This document shows, piece by piece, positions 12,298 through 26,251 of a stretch of DNA of 64,000 nucleotides. Under the pieces are notes generated by a model. The model made no database searches. It was not told the origin of the DNA and saw only the letters and a list, made by a program, of their open reading frames with translations. Made by a program: the position numbers and the translations under genes. Positions within the stretch are counted from its first letter, which is position 1; each line of letters opens with the position of its first letter. This DNA is from Catajapyx aquilonaris. Its lineage: Eukaryota. Location: NCBI GenBank assembly GCA_000934665.2, contig KZ538272.1:1-64000 (forward strand), read 5' to 3'.

Positions 12298-14294
12298 CCA
12301 GTTACCTCCCTGACATCTCCAACCTGAACACATGCGCATTAAATTAGTCCAAAGTGACGCCCACGTGAAGAGTACGCCTCAGAGTAAGCAAAAATTACTC
12401 CAGACCATGAATAATTCTGGGTCCTCCGTTTTCCGTGGCCATTGAGCAGTCTGCTGGAGAAAAAGTTGGGTACAAAAATGGGGATCGATTTGTAGGTGGG
12501 GAAAAAAGCGTTGAGAGGTCACTGCCAGAGCTTGTCTACAGGTGGCCACTACGTCATTTTGTGAGCGAACTTTTCACAAGTACTTTGCAAAAAAAATGTA
12601 CTTTATAGGGCGTGGTCTGGCATCGACTATATTATATCGGGTGTATCCGGGTCACTTCTCTCCACTTACGTTAATTATACCGAAGGAGATGGGAGATGAG
12701 GCGCCTCGTTACTCTAGTTGTGCCTGTAATGAGCTTGTAATGGAAATCTTAATAATTGAGTTATGTACGTCCCGTGCTCGTAACTTGGATGGTGTCCCCG
12801 ACAGTTAATAAGACTCGTCTCATTTTATGAGTGCAACATGTACAAGGTGTGAGCACAGAAGACATCAAAGCATCTTCTGGATTTGCCAATGTGCTGAAAT
12901 TATATTTTCATGCAATTCTCTAATCACCCAGCATCTAATCATGCTGTAATTAAAGATTAATATCACTTCGTGTTAACACGAACTTTGATTATGCAAGTGA
13001 GTGAAAAATAAGGAAGGGGAGGAAACCCCACGAAAGTAATCTTGAAGGTGGCAAAATCCTTTTACTTTTGCATGGGAACCCTGTAATGAGCTCATCTCGG
13101 GAGCGGAGCCTGACAACTAATTTTTACTAATTATCCAACGCGCACCTGCAGGAACTAATAAGCAAAATCTGGCATTTAAATCACCAGGACTTCCCCTCCT
13201 CCAGGGAGACTTAACGTCAATCGCGAAAAAAAAGGCAATTTCGCCATTCGAGAAAAACTACGATCGTCAAACTTTTCCATCTCCTCGTATAATTTTTTTA
13301 GCACAGCTTTTTCGGTTTTTATTCAATTTCTTCCTGTCCGAGACGGCTTTGAATATAACTAGTTACAATTCTATTAAGCTATGGCAGATGTACTTCCGGA
13401 TTCGCATTTATAGCCCCTATGGTCACATTCCTCTTTTCTTAAATTCTTTTTTGTACAAATCCGCAAGGAATATCTGTGATACTTTATTTTTCGCCTTTTG
13501 GGGGGGGGGGGGGATTCCTTTCGACTTGTGTCGTAATGAATTCCCTTTTTCTGTTGGATTTGAATATTTGCATTACACGCGACATTGGTCATGTCAACCG
13601 GTTTCGAGGGCTGATTAAGTGTCGGTGAGTTATCACTCTGGGATCTTTGTCATGTAAAATGTCAGTGTGCGAAAAAAGAGGGGTAGGGATGGGAGGAGGA
13701 AGATGAGGTAAAGGGAGGGATAGATAAGCCGAAGACCCTGGGGGAACGGGTCGAATTGAATTTCGGTGCCTGGGAACTCTTTCTGAGTCATTTCGCACTA
13801 GAGAAAATAGAGTTACATCTTCCATTTTGTACAGGGCCGGTAATCCGCTTACGAGGGGCTGAATCTGCTAGATCGGAAGATTATCTGCGGGGGACGAGGG
13901 GGGGAAAAAATCTCGGCAAATTTGATTCCTCCTAACCGGTCGATATTGACACTTGCAAAAAAAAATTGCGATAGGCATTGGTAGAACCTGCACGAATAAG
14001 CTAATTCTGTAAATTATTTTGAGTGGGTTTTTTTCTATTTGTGTAGTTGAAAATGTTTGAAAATCAAAACGAACGGATCACAAATTTTGGAGTTGCAAAG
14101 ATGCATGTTTCAAGTCAGTAAACCGACAGAATTTAACAAGTAATTGAGTTTATTTAATGCGCACGAATTATTAAAAGCAACTTAAAATAATATTCAAATA
14201 GTTGGTGACGCAACAGGCCTATATATCTGGGAACGCAAACATTTGTTCCGCAGTGAACAATTTTATACCCCCCCCCCCCCAAAAAAAAAAAAAA

Positions 14295-14528
14295 NNNNNN
14301 NNNNNNNNNNNNNNNNNNNNNNNNNNNNNNNNNNNNNNNNNNNNNNNNNNNNNNNNNNNNNNNNNNNNNNNNNNNNNNNNNNNNNNNNNNNNNNNNNNNN
14401 NNNNNNNNNNNNNNNNNNNNNNNNNNNNNNNNNNNNNNNNNNNNNNNNNNNNNNNNNNNNNNNNNNNNNNNNNNNNNNNNNNNNNNNNNNNNNNNNNNNN
14501 NNNNNNNNNNNNNNNNNNNNNNNNNNNN
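14295..14528. other. Assembly gap (234 N) flanked by poly-C and poly-A homopolymers
   Basis: Run of N in the sequence; lies in the presumed first intron. Confidence 1.
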
Positions 14529-17500
14529 CCCCCCCCCCCCCCGAATAATTGCAACAATTTTAATTCAGCAGCCTCAGCCATTAAAGCCACGTCACGCTTA
14601 ATAGAGAGCGCGTCACTTTTAAATCAAGCCCCATGCTTTTTTTTTTAAAAAAAAGGGAAACACCTTCATCTGCATACCGGCGACAGAATAGGAAAAATCA
14701 AAAAGTTGCGACGGTTAAAAACCGCAACGGTTGGCTGCGTTTTGCGGCCAAATAAAACTCTCATTAAGGGCGAAACCCCGGCGGGAAATGAATAGTTGCG
14801 ACGGGTGAGAGAGAGACGATTTTAGAGCCTGACAAATCTACATACGACCCGGGTTCTAAGATGCCGGCTGGCGAGGATGATGATGAAGAGAGATTTAATT
14901 GCCTGTATAATATAAAGAGACAGAGGCGTTAATTTGCTGTGGAATATTCGATATATTTTTGAATTATTATTTTTGGGGAGTCGCATTTTAGCAACGAAAA
15001 CCCAGGTCCCGACCCATTAGGATATGCAAATGAGCGAGAATTAATTTAATGCTTCGCAAGTCATAAATACTGGTAAGTCAACTATTAACTGATGCATTTT
15101 ACGACACGGTGGGACGCGGGGAATTAATTTATATCAATAATTCACGTCCGGACCCCGAGGCCGCCCGTGTCATAACCGCTGACACAAATGCACGGATTTA
15201 ATCATGGGAAACTTTCCATCTGCATAGAGAAAAAAAATATATAACGAACAGGTCGAATACCACTCTAACTATATAACCTCCAGCGGTGGTAATTATGTGG
15301 AAAACATCATTGTTTCAATGAACATTATTGCGAATTTTACACTTCAACGACCCGACGTTCTGGGCATATGTATACGCAAATTAATGTGCATAATTTAATT
15401 GATGCACAACGTAAGAGAACAGCCGGATTGATCTACCATTTTCTAAAAGGAGAATGAAACTGTTTTTTTTTAACTCCAAGTAATATTGGTTCTTAATCTC
15501 ACTCATTACCGTAATGGAATGAGAGATTATAGTCCTGAGGGGATAAAAAGCGACAACGATGGCGGGGGAGGAAAGCCGCCGAAATGAAGTGGCTGGAACA
15601 ATTATCAAATAGGCAACTCCGGCATATAATTTCGGAATCTCCATTCCACTCCAATTCCGGCCTGGAAGTCTAATTTACCCTTAAAGTTCTCCCAAAAGGT
15701 GTATAGCCCCGCAGCTCTTACGTTTTTCCATCCTGAATCTCGTTTTGTTCTGCAAACGAGTAAAAAAGCACAACTTTGAAGCACCCACTTGGAAACAGGA
15801 TTAAACTTATTCTTTTTTTTTGTGCACATCCATACCTTTTCAACGAACACTTGTTTGAAAAAAAAGAGTTGCATATCTGAACAAGCAGACACTTCATGTT
15901 GGAGTTACATTTACTCTCCATTTGCCAACGTAAATGGAGAGCAGCAAGGAGGTAGAAGCCTTGAAACAACATCCACTGCACATGGACTAATGCCCTCCGG
16001 GAATCAACCTAATTACAACACATTCCCCTTGTTGATGTGACAAAATGTACATTGCTTGTTCTGCTCTCCGATGAGCGAATTCGCGTTTCCAGAGCACGGT
16101 TTAGTCCTCACTTGAGAGTACCGATTTTTTTTTTTTTTTGCAAGCTCGGATTCGCTTCAAGCTGTGTGTAGGACCCCCTGGCTCTATATATACATATTTG
16201 CAAGAGTGCATGAGAATAATGGATAGTAAGAATTGCTAGATACTTGCCTTGGAGGCGCTGCTTTTCACGGTAGATTGCCTTCGCCTCTCGCGTTTAATAA
16301 CGGCAATGAACTTCATAAAGTTCCGTACCTTGCCTTCGGTCAATTTGAGAGGCCTCGCTCGGGCTCGGTTCTCTTCAGAAAAGCCCTCCTGTTTCTATCT
16401 CTATCCGAAAATCCGGGCCTTATTTCTGATTAAATCTCGTTCGGAAACGAGAAAACTGCAATATTGGGAGAGGCCCCGGCACTCAATTTCAATTAAACCA
16501 TAAAAACAGATGTAATATCGCAATGTGTGCTGCCTACAGATCGATTCCAATTATTATTTTCCGCCATGGTCCATCGGTGTGCTCGAAAACGAAAAATTTG
16601 ACATCATATTCTCTACAAGACCTCCGTAGAATTACATAGAAATTGAAATAAGAAATGAATATATGGTGACGATTAAAATGTAATAATACCCGTCATGGAT
16701 AGCTACAGGAACATACTAGAAAACCGCACTATTTTTATAATGAATTATTGACACATGATCTCTGAATATAGAGCAGGGTGATTTGGGGTGACGTACATCC
16801 CGCGGCACTATTCCATGATGAAATTGTCAAAGGCAAAAAAAAAAGCTAGATGTCATTCGCTGTCGTTGTGTATTTTTTTCGGGGGGGGGGGGNGGGGGGG
16901 GGGTGGAAAAATCGGATTGGACGGGATGCCCCGCCGCGTTGCCATATTGTTCGGGCACATCCTGTACGCTTGCTTTGTAATGGACTGGACGAATAATTTT
17001 TCGCGCCTGACTTTGTTTATAGCACGCCATTTGCACTCAAATTGGAACCGAGGAGACTCCTGGCGACTAAAATTCACCCCCGACTGGGCCCGAAAAACGA
17101 GCAACATTGGCCCGAAAGCGGAAAATAATGATCGACACTGATTCTGCCTCTGGCTGAATCGATGGCTCATTTCTCACATAGCCCTCCCCCCTCTCCACAT
17201 ACCCACACAGGTTGGAAAATTCTCTTTTCCTACAAAAAAAAATTAAAAAATGGGACATGGCCCTCGGTGGTCCATCCCTCTCCATCGGTGCAGAAGCAAA
17301 GCAGCAGGAAGTTGCTGTGATTGAAAGAGCCAACGATTTTTTGACCTAATTTCAGAATCACTGATCGGTTCTCTTACCTGAAAGGTAATGTTGGTGTCAC
17401 TACGTTCAAAATCAGCTGATAAGCAGAAATAACTGCCATATTAGTACAAAAACTTTGCAAAACTTTCATATTGTTCACGTATTACTTTACCCTTCGCTAG

Positions 17501-19647
17501 ATGGCGCATCCTCCCTATCAGCACACTGCTGCCACTCTCATAATGCAGGGAAAAGTGGTACTATCAGCTCGGACAAACAAATGGAAACAGATATCAAATT
17601 TTATGCATTATATTACTAACAAAAATCTAAAAATTGTGTAAATTGCAACGATTTTATTATTATTATTATAAAGGAAATGTCTTACATTTTACCCTCACTC
17701 TTTTTTACCTCGCAATAAAAGTGATGGCAACCCATTGTCCTCGCCTGGAGCGATCCTGGCGGCCTGGTTTTCTCCCAGCCTAATTGCCCACTATACCTCC
17801 TCCCAAGGAACGGAAATTGCCAGAACAGTCGGGGACCCAAATTGCTTGCTTATTTCCGAACCTCACTTGTAAAGTTGCCGTGAATGTCTCGCTGAATTCG
17901 GGTCACGTTAAAGTTACACCTTAAAAGGAGGGAGGGAGGGTTTGGAGGAGGAGGAGGAGGAGTACCCAGAGAGGAGGTTAATAAGTTGCTAATTGCACCT
18001 GGAAGTGGAGGCCTCTCCATGATCAAAACAAGCAACCTCCCCCTTTCCCCTCCTTTTCCTTTTGGCAAGCCCAGTTCGGCATATTTTCTACTCTGGCAGA
18101 GGAGGGGTACGGTAATTTGCAATTTCTCAAGGCTTTTCGCAAGAAAACAGGGTTGCTGATTGAAAATGCAGGGGCGTTAATAATTCCCGGGTGCTCATAA
18201 ATCAAGTGGACTGCCAATGAGACGTCAATGGTGTCGTCTGGGGAATTTCATATCGCCTACTTCATAACTTAGGGGTGGGGAAAGGCGGCTTTTCATTTGT
18301 CTCCTCCCATCCTCCCCAGCATCCCAGAGGCCAAGAATTAAGGGGGGAGGGAGGGAGGGAGGGAGGGAGGGAGGGGGGTAGATCCCGTTGGCCGCCTCTG
18401 CAGCCCTTCAAGGGGTTTAACTCAAGTCATCTAATTAGCTTTGGTGCGCTGGTTCGGGAGGCTGCTAGATCTAGGGATGTATCCCAGCATAGGTGTGTTT
18501 CATAAATCAGGAGGTAATGCAGCGGGAACTGGAGGGTGCAGGAGGGGGGGGGGGATTTCAAAAGCTGTGCAAGAGCATGGAGCGAGTTGGGCATTAAAAT
18601 TACATTGATGGGGAGTGGCGGGGCGAGAAAAAGGGAGGAAGGCGGGAGTGTGTATAGGAAGAGTAAGGGATGGGATTAAAAATGGAGTCTATTATTTTTA
18701 ATGTAGTTGAGGTATGAGAGAGGAGGAGGAGGAAAAATGGGGAAGAAAGAGCTAGTGGTCTTACGGCTTAAGGGCTGGAGAGTGTTTGAAAAAAAAGAAG
18801 GAAAAAAGTAGGATTTAGTGTACTTGAATTATGCAGTGAAAAGCTTTGAGCATATCGGAGTAAGAGAACGTAATTCGTATGAATTAATAAGGGTTATTTA
18901 CCGAGTTCTGAGCGTAAAGCTCTTATTTAAACTTTCAAAAGTGCACTTATTGCATAATATTTCACTGGGATTAAAACATTGCGCTGTGCTTTTCGGCCGA
19001 GAAGCTATTGCTTGAGGAATATTTTCCCATGCATAATAAATATCAATAAGACAAAACATATTTTTTTCCAATAATGCTACTTTGTGAATTCTGTCAGATT
19101 TTTTGACATGGCACAGTGTCAGACTCTTTCACTTAAAATTTTGTTGCAACATTAAACTTGACAATGCCTCGTTCGCTTTAAACCCAGCGGCTATTATGAT
19201 GTCGACAAGTATCTTCTAGAGTTTATAAGGTCCATGAATTTAGTAATCGTCCAATATTATAGGATAACGGTTGGTTGGCAATCTAAATGGTTGTAGAAAT
19301 TTGGCAGGACGTTTTCTTACCTTTGTCATCTTGAAGCCGGGGGAAAAGTAGAGAGAAAGTAGCTTCTGGTTGGTGGGGCCAAAGGAAGTCGGTCTCCATG
19401 CAAGGCTAAGCAGCAGTCGGGGCGTGTAAGGAAGGATGGGCTTGTGTGCGCCGAATTCCAACAAAGCATTTGTCATTCCTTTTTCTTCCTCTCAATGCGG
19501 GCCAATTGTCGGAAGATTTACCACAGAATCATGAATGTTATGTAGTAAATACGAGCTGGTGTAAATTATAGCGCATGAATGAACATGTGTGTGTACGACA
19601 CGTTTCTCTTGACTCACTTCCCTTGATTACATTTTCAGGTGGTTAAA

Positions 19648-19741
19648 ATGACGGAGAAGCCCCTGTGCGGTGGCCGGACACGAGCTCCTGTACTGCTTAT
19701 CCTGTGCCACGTACTTCTGCTGCACCAAGCCGTCGTGACAG
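19648..19741 (+). CDS. Dscam: Dscam-family gene, first coding exon (start codon and signal peptide; exon 19639-19741)
   Basis: Acceptor attttcag|GTGGTTAAAATG with A at -3 of the ATG; donor ACAG|gtgagt at 19742. Translates MTEKPLCGGRTRAPVLLILCHVLLLHQAVVT+G: basic n-region then hydrophobic core. It ends in phase 1, matching the phase-1 start of the Ig1 exon at 46741. Too short for the ORF track. Confidence 0.8.
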
Positions 19742-22700
19742 GTGAGTCTCCGTGACATTCTGTGACATTGAACTGGCGTGAAACCTAAGCCAGTAGACGT
19801 GCCTGGACTTTTCCAGACACACCACTATCAAAAGTGACAGATTTTTTTCCCCCCATTTTCCTAGCACTTCGTCTCTCTTCTCATTCTGCTTTTTATTTTT
19901 CTTCCTTCCTTTCCCTCTGCTGACTCTATCTCTTTTCTGTCTGTGTATACCTCATCCCAGCAGGTTGTTGTCGGTGGACGTCCTCAGGCAAAGTAAGTGC
20001 ACTCGAGAAGCTTCCTCCCGGATACTTTGCGGCGGAGTTATCGGTACACCTATGTCGCTGGAAGCGATTTCGTCTCTCTAAGGGAAGTCGTTTCCCAAAC
20101 TTCAGTGATTTGGAAGAAGTTTCTTTGATCTAGTGCATCACATCTCGACTCGACCTCCGAGCTTCTTTTCTAAGGGAGATTTTCTTCCTCTTTTTTTGCC
20201 TCCTTCCTACTCAAATTTGGATACGTCTTTCCTGAATGCATGAAGTTAAGTATGCAAAATATGAAAATATGCAAGATGCTACGACTAATAATAATTGGAC
20301 ATGAAGTTGATTTGCCACTTTATTAGCGAATCAATATGTACAATGGCCTTGTTGTAATTTGTTTAAAACAAAATATCGGGGCAGACATTTTAGTGTTAAA
20401 ATTATAGCGACTTTTGTTCTAACGCATAATACCGAAGCAATTTAGCGCAGCGTCGCATTCAAGCAGCTTTGTAAGCCCGTAATAACGGAGCAGCAAACTA
20501 CTCCAAAGTAATTAAATGCGTTAAATCTGCAGTAATAATAGGCTTGTAAGCACCATTGTTGTGGAAGCAGCATAGGACCAAAGGGGGAGCAATATATATA
20601 ACAACCTGCAATTAATTTCACATTCGATCGAGACCTGCAGCTCACCTCAAAATTTATCAAAATGGTCCACTTGCACACTCGCAAAATGCAATCAGAATTT
20701 CTTTGAGGTACAAATTCGAAGCCTGAAATTTTTTTATCCAGGCTTTTCCACTTCTCCAACTAAAAAAGTCCTCTATTGTAAATCTCAAATCCGCGAAAAA
20801 AAAATCGGCTATTCCGAATTCGTATCCTCCCGTATCTCTCCCAAACTAAATCACAAAAGGACGGGCAGGCAAGAGAGGGAGAAAAAAAATGCTGGCCAAA
20901 AAAATTTCCCGGTGCTACCAGCCTTTGTCAAGACAACCCGTAAAATAAATCGCGTTACCTGTTTCCCCAACCTCCCATCTCCCACCCACCCTACAACCCG
21001 CTGAAATCACAAACCGAAATTCCGTGGCGAAAATTTTTGGCGGGTTTGAAATCCGCTCTGTTCACAATCTGCCGTCAAATCACGTCTGAGGCTTTAGGAA
21101 TAGAAAGAATGACGGGCGGTGTGACTGAGAGCTTGGATGTGACCTGGGTCACCTATCTGACCTCAACACCCCAAAAATCCTTTTACTAACCCACAGCCCT
21201 CCCCCCTCCCCAAACCATTTTCTTTTTGCTCCAGTTCGGAGCGTGTGTTGCACCAGATTTGTCAAGCTTCCTACAATGTTAGGGCTCTACCCGTTAATTT
21301 CTAGGACTTCCGGGGCCAAAATCCGGGCGGGTCATTTATTAAACCCGGGTCCAACAGCACGTGTCGAGGAGGGTTGTAGACTTTTGGAGCAAATAAACGG
21401 TTGCATTTTTCATGAGAAAGGGGAGAAGAATTACTGGAGCATGGAATCGTCGAGGCTGAATTATTATATGAAAAAATAGCGATTATTTTTCCAAATGGAC
21501 TAAATCGTATTTGAAACACATATAAGGTAGATTTATTACGTGGGCCAACTGGATGAATTGTAACCTCGTAATGCATTAGAGACAATCGCATTTGTCATGT
21601 TTAGCCTAAATTAAAATGAGGAAAAACAGTAATAGTAATTCGTATTTTACCGTATATGAAAATGTCACATTTTTGTGCGTTAAAAATTCGTTGTTGGCCA
21701 ATGACTGACAGGACACAACATTGGCAAAGGCAATGCGAAGAATTATTGAAACGTTTTGAATCATAGAGTAGCTTAATTTCGCAAATTACATCACGCACTG
21801 TATGCTCTTCACTACTTTGTGTATATGTTACTGGCCATTTAAAAACTCCAGGGATCAACACGGTGTATATATATCTTGGCGTCCGGTCCCGTTATTTTCC
21901 GGATGACTTACCAGACTAGTGAGATCATCACAGTCGAATTGTCGCCAAAATATTTTTTTTGTGTGCCCTCCGGTCCTTTTGTAATCAAAGTTCACAATTA
22001 CGAGGGAGTAACCCAATCGTCACTGCGATTGGTCCGCATCAGTTTTGAAGCCTGATTTATAATCAAGGGCGGCCCGGGCCAGGTCAATCCCATTCAATCG
22101 CTATCAGCATGTGAGAGAGGCAAAAGAGGCAGCCTTTTCCCCATATAATGCACGGGGACGAAAGGGAATACGTGTGTTTTCAGCTTGGCGGGCTGTTAAT
22201 CACGCTAATTGCTACATCGCCACGTCTTTGTCGATAAATCACGGAGGTGAAATCGGCCGGATAATGAGGACAACTTGACACTGCCCGGTTGCCTGGTTAC
22301 CGCCAGATAAAAGGAGCAGTCGCTAACAGAGGGAGAATCTCATTTTGAATGTACTGCTGGAGGCCCCCCTCTGTACCATGCCGGACACAATAATAACCAG
22401 GACCTATATTGCTTTCAAGTTTCGAAACAAACCTGTCCACACCAATAAACCATGCGCTTGGAACAAACCAGTTTGTGGTCGCACCACACAGGAAATGTTT
22501 CGCTGGAAAAGTTGTCGGCTTCATTACAGAGGAAAGCTAGAAATTACATGTCTTTCTGAAGAGAACATAACGACGACTGATATAGGGTCTGGAATCATCG
22601 ATCTGTTTGCTGTGAAAGACGACGGCACGTGCGACAATACATCAGGTCCCGACCCTGCGGTGATAAACGAGGAAAGTGTGAGGTGAGAATGCAGACAGGT

Positions 22701-25700
22701 GATCCCAGGCGTGAAGGTAATCCTCTCTGGAGGAAAAGCGCACACACACACACACACACAAAAAAAATATGGAAGATGCGATGGTGAGCAGACCTGGAAA
22801 AAAAAAAAGATGAGAAAAGTAGGAGGCGGAAAGTTGTTCCGGACTTGGGAGGGGGAAAAAGACAGTGTGACAAGCCTAGAGTTTATTGCGGAGGCGAGAG
22901 GTGAAGCTCCGGAGCCTTACTTTTGTCTGACATGAGACAGCTTCGGCCGCACGCTCACAGATCCGGGACTAATCCGGGGACTGACTCCGGGGCGCCTCCT
23001 AACTTTAGGTCCCGCACCTGCCCCGGATTTTTTTTTCTCTCCCTAACGCACATATCGTAATTGAAACTGCAGGACCTTTCCGAGGGAATTTGCAAGGCTA
23101 GCCCGACTTAAATTGTCAGATCGCCCGGGATAATAAAAAAATGGCCGCCAGTGGGACAAGCTGCCTGGCGATTACAGGGAGGCTAATCCAGTGCAGAGAT
23201 TATCTCAACGAATCGCTTAATGATCCTTTCTCCGGAGGATTAACAAGGTTTGGTTGATGATGATGTCTGCTCCAGTCAATCCTCCTGGACCTGGGGTTTT
23301 CATCCAGGGAAAGGGCCTGACAGAAATCCACTTTCCTAATAATGGCAGGTGTCTCCCTGTAGTCGTCTCCACTGGGGATTCCGATACCCCCACAGCCGTT
23401 GAGCTGCAGGGAGATTTTCGCGAGGGGGGGGGGGGGGGNGGGGGGCAAAATCGCGACCGAAAGTTGGCAGGAATTGTGTGCGGCTCGGGATTTTTGATGC
23501 GCGGGGAGAGACCTAACCCTCCCCTGACACTGCCAACCTGATGTTGCGACAGTTAGGCCACAGCGTTCACGATTATTCTCACGGCGTATTGCTTTTAATC
23601 GCGAGGGCTCTGGGAATTTTTGGGGGTAGTCCTACAGTCCTAAAGTTGGTTGTAGGAAAGTGTTAACAAGAAAAAAATCATCTCTTTGTTAGATAATCGT
23701 AATTCAAGTGAGCTCCATTAGTCGAGAACGTTTCTATCCCCTTAGTTCAAGTTGGTTTTATCTGGCGTAGAAGTGGCGATGTGAATATTCACAATATTAT
23801 CCTTCAGTGCAAGGTAATCCTCTGTACTTCAGACTACAATATGCGTGCCATGGTGAAACTTTCCCCATTTTCTTTGACCTGTTTCGGTCCGGTTGTAAAA
23901 AATGGATGGGGTCTTAAGCACCTGTCGGTTTTAATTAGGGCTTTTTTTTGGAAGCTGTGTTTTGAAGCCTCGTCTGCTCTTAACGTCGGACGTTCAGGCT
24001 CACAAAGGTTGTCGAAGAAAACCCCGGAAATCCTTTGACCTTTTCATGCCGCTCGTTGAAATAAAATCGCCCAGTTCTAGCCCAATCCCGGAGAGAATAT
24101 AACTTGTTCAAGCTACATGCGGTTAGCATGTATGTGCAAGTTAACCTTTTTTTTGTACTTGTATAGAAATGAAGTTTGGCTATTACAATGCTGCACAAAC
24201 AGTAGGAGATTAAAACTACCGCAATATTGACACATACAAGTTTATGCGGTTTGAAGTACAGTTCTGCATGTACAGGGTGGTCCACTACTGCTTACAAGCA
24301 TACTGTGGGTATATTTTAATTTATTATCGCAGTCAATACAAGTTTTAAAAAGCAGTTTCATCAACTTTTAGTTCGCCCTGTATAACCCCCCCCCACTATA
24401 GTTGGACAGTCTGTGAACCTCCGCAGATCTACACAGTAAATATTATGCCGGATTATCCGCTAGTAGAAAATTTAACCCACGTTCCGCATGGAAATTTTCC
24501 AGGATAGGGTTGAACCAAAGTTGGGAGAGGAAAAGCTAGGTAGGCTACGTAGCTTTTGGACCGGTTAAGGAAGCTGGCAAGAGAGAGAAGCGAAGCGGGG
24601 ACCGTATGCAAATCTGAAACTCGGGCAAACGCACTCAGAACCGGTTCGAGGAATATAACCTGCTGGATGTGCAAACAGGACATGCTCCTCGTTGATTCAC
24701 AGTATCAAAATTAATACAGGAGGAAGCTTGCTGGGTGGATATATGGTATATGAGCATCACTAACAACAGAGGAGTAATCATTGGAAGTGGCTGCAAAGTG
24801 CAATCAGAAGCATTGTAAACACACTACATGAGAGTATGTGCATACATAACATGCAAAGAGAGATGCTTCGGATGGGACTAAGTGCGGGTTGGAAACCTGC
24901 CCTTCCCTCCCTCCCCAAAAAAATTTGTGATCCAGTTAATGCGCAGCTCTTTGGAAAGTCAGTGCCTCATACGAGGGAGATAATTAATATGCACCATACT
25001 CGCCATGTGGAGTGTATTCATCCCCCTTTGTGATATTCCGCCCTGCAGGAGATTAGAGCCGATTTTTTTTTATTAACACGCGACCCACATTTTTTGTATG
25101 GCACATGTCTAAGCAAAATACGCCTTTTTAAAAAAACCAGACAAGCATTACCCCTAATCCTGCTCAAGCACTGATGCGCGAATAATATCCATACATTTTT
25201 GTTTTGTTTAAAAAAATGATTAATCTAAGGTGGCAGATGCTGCAACTTCACAGCAAATTCACGTAAATAATTCACATATTAACTCCATTCCAACGTGTTA
25301 AAAATTAACCATGTTGCATAATTACGTCCCCAGCTTTTCCTGTGGCTTTGGGCTAAGTAGGCAGATAATTATTTCGGTATTATAAGTAGCATTACAGTGC
25401 AGTTGCCCAATTGGAGCTTTTGGAGAAAGGATGGCGCTCATCCCTAGGCCTTACCGATGGAAATTTATCGCAAATTAGCAAAGAAGACCGCTAAGGCGCT
25501 TAGAGCCCGGGCCCTGTGGTAGGAAGGCGTTGTTACCATGATAAAACGTGTAGCCAGCGCTTATCTCTCTGCTTTGTGAAGGCGAAATTGCTCGTTCCAT
25601 ACCCCCCCCCCCCNTCATTCCTAATTATCCTACTAATTCCCACGCACAATATACTCTGCATATCCACCTCCTGCTTTATTATCATTTAAATGAGGCCCGC

Positions 25701-26251
25701 TCTTTTTCGGAGGGGGGGACCACCAAACTTTTTAAGGTCTGTCCAAACAAGCTTTAACGCACTTCTTTTTTTCTCTCCAATTTTTTTTTTTTTTTTGCAA
25801 AAGGGAAGTCCCAGGAGTTCTCAATCATTCTCGTCGGTAAGCCGAGCAGAAAAAGAAGCGTTGCATAGCACGCGAGATTGCCGAAGGATCATCGCCATCA
25901 ATCAGGATTCCTAATTTTACGTGATAGCCGTTTTTAAAAGGGCGGTGATGGCAGGGTTGGGAGAGAGAGGAGGACGGTAGAATGAGAGCGGAAATTAATG
26001 CGAAATGGGGGAAGTTTTAATGGGATATTTGGCGGATGCGAAAACCTGTCACGTTTTCTTTACCGACCCGTCCACCTTAGGTATTTCACTTTTAGTCGGC
26101 TTCAACCATTAAATTTCGGATCCTTTCTTGGGAAGCTGTCTTATCCACATAATGCGGCCATTCGCCTGCAAAAAAAAACAGCGATTTTGTCGCTGCTACT
26201 TGAAAATAGCAGTTATAGCAGTTTCCAACAGGAAATATTTTGCTGAAAAAT

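Noticed and set aside
14202..14648. ORFs of 101-148 aa spanning the N run
   Set aside because: Open only because of the assembly gap.
22530..22682. 153-nt exon-like segment (tacag|...GTGAG|gtgaga), open in one frame (GKLEITCLSEEN...EESV)
   Set aside because: Open only in phase 2, while the host intron is phase 1 (immediate TAG). Weak polypyrimidine tract and no Ig similarity.
24271..24382. TACAGGGTG...CGCCCTGTA and scattered similar ends (about 40533, 42300, 49260, 53029) resembling Tc1/mariner termini
   Set aside because: Matches are too short or unpaired to define elements without a repeat library; no transposase sequence.
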